DNA from: Octopus vulgaris
Taxonomy: Eukaryota
NCBI GenBank assembly: GCA_951406725.2
Contig: OX597816.1
Coordinates: 146,196,001 to 146,260,000 of the forward strand
Reading direction: 5' to 3'
DNA length: 64,000 nt
In this document: piece by piece, positions 55,828-64,000 of the stretch
How the letters are laid out: each line of letters opens with the position of its first letter
How positions within the stretch are numbered: position 1 is the first letter of the stretch
Notes under the pieces: model-generated
Database searches by the model: none
Told to the model about the DNA's origin: nothing
The model's input: the letters and a program-made list of their open reading frames with translations, nothing else
Made by a program: the position numbers and the translations under genes

Positions 55828-56249
55828 CATGTATACATACATATAAATAGATGTGTGTGCGTGTGGCGGGGGTATGTGTGTTGGTGCGTGTATGTTTGTG
55901 TGTGTGCTCGTGTTTGTATTTGGAATCTGCTAGAAAACTACGGTTGGTTTATTGGCGTTGTCGTCACCCAGCTGTTCGGCAAAAAAGGCCAAGAGAGTAA
56001 GTATTACGCTTAGAATGAAAAGCAGAACTATAGGCGATTTGCTCGACTGACCCATTTAAGGTAGAGCTCTAACATACCTTCAGACTAATGATGAAACAAG
56101 TAAAATATGAAAGACAAAATAAAAATGTAATCCTTGTTAAGTTTGCATTCATAGTTAGAAACCAGAAACATCAGTAGAAATATCATAAAAACGAAACATC
56201 AGTAGAAACAGTAATAGATTTTCTATGATAAAATGCTAACATATTAGCT

Positions 56250-58300
56250 GAAGTTTCAAAGTACAACATTCGTAAATATGGTGATGAGTACGTAGTTCTT
56301 TCGTTATAGACACACCAACATGGAATCGTAGATAAGCTACAGTGTGTTTTGTATTATGAAACGTTCTTCTATGAATGCATGAATCCAGCCAAACTTCGTT
56401 AATATTCAGAAAGAGAGTCGTACAAAAAGCATTAACAAACCTATTGAATATTTTCAAAGAAGAGGCAAGCAGTACTTTTACGACAAATTTCAAGAGAAAA
56501 CAAAAATGGAACTGGCTGTGAATATAAAAATACATTGTTTGCTTCGTGTGATGTGTCTCTTTCACTAATAGAAAAGTGAAAACTACACACAGCACTGGAG
56601 GAACTAATTCTGCCTGCTGCCAAACCAATTGCCTCTAGAATGCATGGAAACAAAGTAGCATGGAATTATGAAACGATTATATTATCAAACCACATTGTGA
56701 AGCAGCAAAGAGAAGACGTCTGAGGACTTTCAAAATCAGTTACTGAAAATATGCTTCAATGAGAAAAACTATACTTTGCAATCAGATGAAAGCCTGGATA
56801 TTTCTAACTGCACCGTTTTTGTAAGCTATGAATTACAGATGGTATGAATTCATATTTCATATGACAAGAATTTTATTGAATGTAGAGAAGAGTTTTGTTT
56901 TTATCTTACACTTCATTTCCAGTATATAAGCCTCAGTTGTTATTTTAACTATTTTGGAAATGAAAATTAAAATAAGTATTCTTAGTGTTCAAGAATTATT
57001 TCTCTTTTAATGCCAGGAATACATACAGGAATCAAGACAATTATTCTGGATAAAATTCCAAAGATGCATTGACAGCAGGAAGCTTGCCAGGAAAATTGAA
57101 GACGACATAGAAGGGAGGCAGTGAAAGCGGTTAATCTTATAAAAGAGCTTATTTTAAAATCTCGTACTTTTAATGCATTTTCGAAGAGATAGACATGTAC
57201 ACCTAGTTTTACAGTTTCAACTGCGGTCAGTGTTGTGCAGTAACGTATTTTCATGTATGTGTTGAATGATAAGGCATTGTTTATTCTTTTCTACTCTAGG
57301 TACAAGGCCAGAAATTTTGGTGGACGGGGGCCAGCCGATTATATCGACCCCAGTACGCAACTGATACTTATTTTATCGACCCCGAAAGGATGAAAGGCAA
57401 AGTGGACCTCGGCGGAATTTGAACTCAGTACGTAGTGGCAGACGAAATACCTATTTCTTTACTATCCACAAGGGACTAAACACAAAGGGGACAAATAAGG
57501 ACAGACAAACGGATTAAGTCGATTACATCGAGCCCCAGCGCGTAACTGACACTTAGTTTATAGACCCCGAAAGGATGAAAAGCAAAGTCGACCTCGACGG
57601 AATTTGATCTCAGAACGTTGCGGCAGACGAAATACAGCTAAGCATTTCACCCGGCTTGCTAACCATTCTACCAGTGCGCCGCTTTTGAAACATTTTATCG
57701 TTAATGAAACAGCATTCTATTCTAGCGAGTGATTCAATGGGCTTTCGTGGCTAACTGAGGTGGCATAAATGCTTCATATCTTATGCATTCGAATTATTTA
57801 AATTTAATCCTAAAGAGATTTATATCGATTTATTTTAGTAAAGAAAAATTAGAAGCCATGAATATAAAATTAGATTTGCTGTTTGAACGTGTGCAAAATG
57901 TGTGGTTTAATCATTTCTGAACACTGGGAGTTTACAGCATCATCTGAAGAAATGAGGACCCTTTTAGTTCATCTGCAAGGTTTAAAGATTTATATATTAT
58001 TTTCCTGTACCACATGCGATTATTCCAAGAAAGTGTAAACACCGTAAAACATTTTACTCCAAATGAAGAAAATATTCTCATGGAAATTTTATGTGACATT
58101 TCATTCAGTTAAAGTTTCAGTTGAAACACTTTAATAGAATTTTAATTACATGCGAATAATGAAAACCAAGAATTGGTATATAATGTTCTGAAATATTTAC
58201 TACTGTTCGAAATTATATATTTAACTGATTTCTTCTTCAAATTGACTTAGTATGGATTTAGAATCCTGACGTAGTGTCAACAAGATATCATCAATCGTAT
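56250..58300 (+). pseudogene. Decayed Buster/Charlie-type hAT transposase (SCAND3/ZBED5-like family), interrupted by SINEs
   Basis: LQCVL..ECMNPAKLR..NKPIEYFQR; ASCDVSL..KLHTALEELILPAAK; LSNHIV; LQSDESLDISN; CIDSRKLA (HC..HR..LA-like). Confidence 0.8.
57280..57685 (-). mobile_element. Tandem/dimeric SINE family C (tail type 1 unit plus tail type 2 unit)
   Basis: Two cores (..ccccgaaaggatgaaa..aaagt.gacctc..cggaatttga) at about 57375 and about 57560; head only at 57685. Confidence 0.88.
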
Positions 58301-59434
58301 CATTAAACAAATAATTATTTTTCATAATTGCCATTTATAAAATTGCGTATATCATTGTATATAGTTTAAAATTAGACTGTGAACATGGAAAATAAATTGA
58401 CTATTAGTTAATAGAATCAGTTTACTCAGCATACATATTTTTAACAAATATTTCATCGGTAAGACAATCCATGACAATAATTAGAAACGAAAATACTATA
58501 AAACACTACTATATACAGTTATATTCCCACGTCATAAGATAATAGTTACACGGAAACTATATACATATACGCACACACACACACACATGTACGTACATGT
58601 GTGTGTGAGTATGTGTGTATGAGTGTGTGTGTGTGTGTGACGAAGCTGAATAAAATGCGTAATGCCATAAAATTGGACATTATTTAAATTATAACTATTA
58701 ATTAACATATCAAATTATATTAAGGGGTCAAGCAAAGATCAGGCGTGTTAAAAGCTTTAGACACCAAATAGTTCTAGAAAAGAGTATCAAGGAAAAGTAA
58801 TATATGTGAGGTACAATAAGAATAGCGTTATTGGCAATTTTTAATTATGTGCTACTAGATTACTTAATATTATATTACTTTATTAATATATCTAATTCCT
58901 ACTAAATAAACTGAAAATGTTGATGATTTTATGATTGCAACTAATTAGGATTCTGTTTCTATTGTTTAATAACTTTTCCTTGGATAATAATGTTGGGAGA
59001 GATTCCAGTGTGGATAGTCGATATTCCTGTCTTTCAAATCTGTATGATCATGCAGTATCTATTCAAACACCAAATATGCTTTGAAAACGATGTCAAATGG
59101 ATCGTCATGATAAATGAATTGAAGCTTGTGCATTCAGTAACTATTTTTGAAGAGATTAGAAGTGCGATCCTATAGTATTTAATGTCATTAAAGTACGTGC
59201 ACCATATTTTCTTTGTCCAATGTCCTAAAAGAGAAATACTTTAGCTCTTCTTTCACAATAATTCAAGTCTAGAACTATGATGATATTGTACTCCCCAGCT
59301 CCCAATATACTTATTGGCGCTCCTATCTTGTTTGATTGCATAGGAGTGCTGTTATTCACATGCTTACATTTGTCTGTTCTCGTGAAGGTAATACACATTT
59401 CTGTACCAGTAAAACTGTAACTATGTTCAATATA

Positions 59435-59845
59435 GGCGCAAGAGTGGCTGTGTGGTAAGTAGCTTGCTTACCAACCACATGGTTCCGGGTTCAGTCCCAC
59501 TGCGTGGCATCTTGGGCAAGTGTCTTCTGCTATAGCCCCGGGCCGACCAATGCCTTGTGAGTGGATTTGGTAGACGGAAACTGAAAGAAGCCTGTCGTAT
59601 ATATGTATATATATATGTGTGTGTGTGTATGTTTGTGTGTCTGTGTTTGTCCCCCTAGCATTGCTTGACAACCGATGCTGGTGTGTTTAGGTCCCCGTCA
59701 CTTAGCGGTTCAGCAAAAGAGACCAATAGAGTAAGTACTGGGCTTACAAAGAATAAGTCCCGGGGTCGATTTGCTCGACTAAAGGCGGTGCTCCAGCATG
59801 GCCGCAGTCAAAATACTGAAACAAGTAAAAGAGTAAAAGAGTAAA
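59435..59845 (+). mobile_element. Full-length SINE family B
   Basis: ggcgcaagagtggctgtgtggtaag..ggttcagtccc (pol III boxes), internal (TA/TG)n, tail ggcggtgctccagcatggccgcagtc..(gagtaaaa)n. Confidence 0.92.
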
Positions 59846-60394
59846 TATATGGGAAATAATTGTCATTTTCCATTTCAAGAAAGTCGCTGTTGTTTTCGTC
59901 ATCATTACTGTCATCATCATCATCATCATCATCTTCGTCATCGTCGTCGTTGTCGTCGCCGTCATCATCATCCTCATCATCGTCGTCAGTAGTTGTAGTA
60001 GGCAAATGCATCACAATCATATGTGCGCGACATGGTGATTCCATATCGAGATAAACAGCACATGACCTTGCAGGTGGGGCCCACTTAGAATTTTCTTCTG
60101 GTCGAGTAGCCCGTCCCGCTCAAAAGGTCCCTGAATAAGGGTTGTTTAAGGATGTTGAACGAAACACCCATGTTCCCAGAGGTAACTTATTCAAACACCA
60201 AAGAATTCCTCACAGCACATGACTAAGATGCTCCTCCACTACTTCTGCTCGTGATCAGAGATGCACGTATCGTCAGCCACTAAATGATATGCCCAATAGG
60301 TTAAGGTCAAACAACTGACAAGCAAATCTGTGGCATTGAGCAGAATATTTGCTGTAGCCCACCTTTTATACCAGGACAAAACGACTATCATGGA

Positions 60395-60900
60395 GTTATT
60401 TCAATTTTCTTCACCACAACAATGTCAGGTTTCGGTGTCCCACAAGATTTTGCCGTCTTCATTCTCAGTATCTGATTCTGATATTTGGTAAAACCATATC
60501 TTTGCTCTCAGTAGGCCGTATTTTTCACAAAGCTCCCAGGGGATCACTCTTTTCTCATTATCTTATCGTCTTTTGCATTCGCGTTGTGCCAATTTCGAGC
60601 ATTGTTATGTGCTTTATCATTTTACATATCTCACCACACATTCTGCGTTTGTCGATCTCAGTTGTCAATTCTCCTTTTTCACATACTTCGTCCCTAACGC
60701 TTGCTCTTGTGTCGCGCGTATAAGTGCTTCTCTCTCTATCTTCAGGTCACACCTCTGCTTTCGTAACCAGCGGTCTTCTTTATCTGTCTTGGTTGGTGTC
60801 CGTGTCTCTTGGCACCTGACTGTACATTTTTTTTCTTTTTTTTACCATTTATTTTCCTCTTAGTTTTTCTAATTATTATTTATCTTTTCCTCTTAGGATT
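60395..60900 (-). mobile_element. Second decayed R4/Dong-clade RLE fragment
   Basis: Minus-strand EALIRATQEQALGTKYVK; RMCGE..IKHI; CSKLAQRECKRR*DN..PWELCEKYGL..ENEDGKILWD; KPDIVVV. Confidence 0.85.
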
Positions 60901-61086
60901 TGTTGTAAATCTGGACGACCTGCATGCACAGCGCACTTGCTACAAAGCAGCCTACAGAACCATGCTCTCTGTTATTTTTCACCATCAATATGTAATTGAT
61001 GATACTAGACGTGCCAAGTAGGCAAACATTATGCAATAGCATTACTAGGCACTCTATTCCTGTTTCCTTTATATTTCTCTTGATGC

Positions 61087-61087
61087 G

Positions 61088-61147
<60 letters not shown>

Positions 61148-61265
61148 GACTACTTCTACTTCTACTGCTGCTGCTGTTGCTGCTGTTGCTGTTGCTGCTG
61201 CTGCTGCTACTGTTGTTGTTATTGATGTTGTTGTTGCTGTTCTTATTGTTACTTATTGTTACTAT
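61087..61265. repeat. Compound (CTA)n(CTG)n(GTT)n microsatellite
   Basis: Read directly. Confidence 0.95.
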
Positions 61266-61639
61266 AATTATTAACTGTCTGAATAATTTTATCGGTTACT
61301 TCAAAAGGGGAGTGGTTTATCGGGTCAAAGATAATTAGTTTCAGAGACTTCGATAGATGTGACGGATGGTAATGTCGATTATGCAAATATAAATCGTTTA
61401 AATAATACTAGCAGACGATAAACTTTTAAACAAAAGAAAAGCAGTCCTAATTAGTTGCAATCTAAAATTCTTCAAAACTTCCCCATTTACAAAGTTCAAA
61501 GTGAGCTTATAAATAAGGTATTGAAACGTTACTCACTCAGTTGATATTTAGTTTACATTTGGCATTTGATCATCATTTTCGAATTAATGTGACCTATTTA
61601 ACTAGTTTCTTTATACATCTTATTCTTCATACTATTCAC

Positions 61640-62157
61640 GCTAGGCCAGTGGTAATGGAAATTTCAAATAATTCTGATCACCCTTTGATATTATTAATTA
61701 TCGATAAATTTTTGGAAAGTTTTCGAATTGAAAAGCCAGTATTTTATTTACTGCCAAGGAGCTGCGCTTGCGCGGTAGATTTGAAAAAATTAGAATGTAT
61801 AAGCACCAGGTATATAGTAGATTGTCTCGTGATATTTAATCTAAGGTGTACCTGCTGAAGAACACTTCGCCTAGCAAATTATTTTATTTGCTAAAAAACG
61901 TCTGAAACCATTGGTCCAGGAGTTAGATGGTAAATGTTTTTATTTTTCATTCCCTTCGAAATTTTATTCCTAATAGTGGTTTGTAATTTTACTGTCCTCT
62001 CTTGCGTGCAAGGAATCCTATGATGGATACCTCTTGTGTGTTTAAATATACACTGTATTTGAATCAATAACATATAGTCTATTGACTAAATGTTTACAAG
62101 CTAGGCCACTGATAATGGAAATTTCAAATATTTCTGATTACCCTTTGATATTATTAA

Positions 62158-62158
<1 letters not shown>
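61640..62158 (+). mobile_element. HHR-bearing 460-bp unit with 59-bp terminal direct repeat, ending at (TA)n
   Basis: 61640-61698 is repeated at 62100-62158. HHR at 61851-61920: CCTG-CTGAAGA..tagcaaat/atttgcta..GAAA-CCAtTGG-TC-CAGG. Confidence 0.82.
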
Positions 62159-62194
<36 letters not shown>

Positions 62195-62939
62195 ATGTCT
62201 GCATTTTTAGAGATGTGCTATACTCTGAGGACAAATGTAGATATAAACGTTTATCGTTCCGTATATGTGTGCGTGCGTGCGTGTATATTTTTATACATTT
62301 ATACATACATATATATATCCGTGTATCTCAATGTTTGTATGTAGATAATTGATCGAAATATTCAATTTTATTCTACTCTTTGTCGGATTTACTTTGTCAT
62401 TTTTTCTATGTTCTATTCATATATTTTTACTTCTCTTTATCTTGCTTATACGATCGATGTATGTTCAATATGCATCTATTCTCATGACTATTATATGTTA
62501 TTCGTCAATAGCTAAGTAAATTTTCAAATTGAGCTCCCTTTAAAGTGATTCACTTTGGCACTATAATTACGTTTACTTCTCTCATCCTTCTCAATCTATT
62601 TACTTCATTTAACCTAGTATAAATTCTGCCAATATACAATCATTTTTCGCTACTTACATCACAAAGAATGTAATGAGTTTAATTAATCCTTATGTAAAAA
62701 CCATAGTAAAATGTGTTTATAACATAAATTTGACATAAATCTTCCATTACATTGTTATATTGTCTTCTCATGTGTGCATATGGATACATGTCTTAATCGT
62801 CGAAGGAATTTATATAAAACGATATGAAGCAAAATACAGTTCACACTACGAACGGGACTTTTCACTCCAATATTTATGATATTATTTATATAGCCTTATG
62901 CAATGTGCTTCGAGGTGGTCTATTTCCAAGAAGAGATAT

Positions 62940-63121
62940 TTATTATTTTTATTTTTTATTTTATCTAGTTTCAGCTCACGAGCTGTGGCCATGCTGGGGC
63001 AACGCCATTTGGTGTTGCTACATGATTGTACTTCACGAGAGCTTTTTAGCAATTGCCATTTGGTGCATGAGAGAGTTCGATGCAGCTGTCCTCATCTGCA
63101 CCTCCTGCCGTGAAGTTGGTT
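62940..63121 (-). mobile_element. 3' end of a CR1-like LINE
   Basis: Minus-strand PTSRQEVQMRTAASNSLMHQ (ORF2 end), then ggcgttgccccagcatggccacagctc..gctgaaactagat and a (taaaa)n tail. Confidence 0.65.
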
Positions 63122-63398
63122 ATTTTACGAGCATTCGCAATTTATAAAATTCTAATAATGTTTGTAATTTTTTTTCTTTATAGCTTTTCGCATCCACCAT
63201 CTTAGCCTACGACTGGAATTTGTAAATATATGTGTAAATTACATCTCTTTAGTTGGTATTTTCCTGAGAAGCCACAAGCGGATCTCACTCAGTGTAGCAA
63301 AATACTAACTCCATCAAAATCAAAATAGTGTGGACATGCGCGCGTGTACATATATATATATATATATATAGGAAAAAAGCAACAAGAATGGATTAAAA

Positions 63399-63486
63399 TC
63401 TCGGTACGATCGTTTCGTACGAGTACATCTTTAATAAGCTACAAAAAATGCAGTGAATACAGATGGCTCGTACTCGTCAGCCGAAA
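63399..63486 (-). ncRNA. Intact type I hammerhead ribozyme with extended helix II
   Basis: TTTCGG-CTGACGA-GTACGAG-(43-nt insert with CATCT/AGATG)-CTCGTAC-GAAA-CGATCG-TA-CCGAGA. All core bases canonical; GUA site; about 30 nt from (TA)n. Confidence 0.88.
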
Positions 63487-64000
63487 AAATATCAGAGAAT
63501 TCCCAAACATCAAAAGGGGTAGATACAAAAGAGGTTGTAAGATTAACTGCATTGAAGAAAGTTCGATTCATGGAGATCCGATGAAAGGTTTTAAACCTAT
63601 AGAATTTATGCATGTCTACAATCTATTACTATTAATAGATTGTCAGGTTACAAAGAGGTCATTAGAAAGGAAAGAAAAATGGGGTTGTTTTTAAATGAAA
63701 TTAAACTATTATATTATTATTATACTAAACTATAATACACTACACTATATTATATTATATTATTTTGATATATTATATCACATCACAATACACTACGATA
63801 GGTCTGGTATTAGCAGAATTAATTTTTAAAAGTTTAAAAGAAATTAAGAGAATTAACTAACTAATATTTGTAATGGGATAAAAAATAGACTAAGAAATGG
63901 AGATAAAAATAGAGCAAAATTTAATTTATTAATAATATGGTCCAATAGAAATAAATCAAATAATTTAACTCAATAAGTATGAAATAGTACCATCAGAGAG

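Noticed and set aside
60000-60385. GC-richer block that looks like an interspersed repeat or LINE 5' UTR
   Set aside because: Only one copy in the window and no diagnostic motif, so it could not be classified.

Overview
AT-rich eukaryotic, repeat-dominated window with no recognisable intact host gene. Abundant (TA)n/(CA)n/(GATA)n microsatellites and three tRNA-headed SINE families point to a cephalopod, probably Octopus (inferred from repeat style, not checked). Coding remnants are all decayed mobile elements: Penelope-like elements (PLEs; RT and GIY-YIG fragments of at least two or three clades), two R4/Dong-type RLE LINE fragments, a CR1-like 3' end, two Tc1/mariner fossils, three hAT-type fossils and a possible Harbinger fossil. 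Most long ORFs in the track are microsatellite artefacts. The strongest unexplained signal is about a dozen hammerhead ribozyme (HHR) motifs read by eye on both strands. Most lie in short non-coding elements whose 3' ends abut (TA)n tracts. They occur as head-to-head inverted pairs (55.1-55.4 kb, 40.5-41.1 kb), as a 460-bp unit with terminal redundancy (61.6-62.2 kb) or singly. Several have unusually long helix II inserts, palindromic helix III or core variants. Palindromic duplications centred on (TA)n tracts (41.2-41.4 kb, 47.6-47.85 kb) also occur. All motif calls are by eye and no alignments or folding were run.
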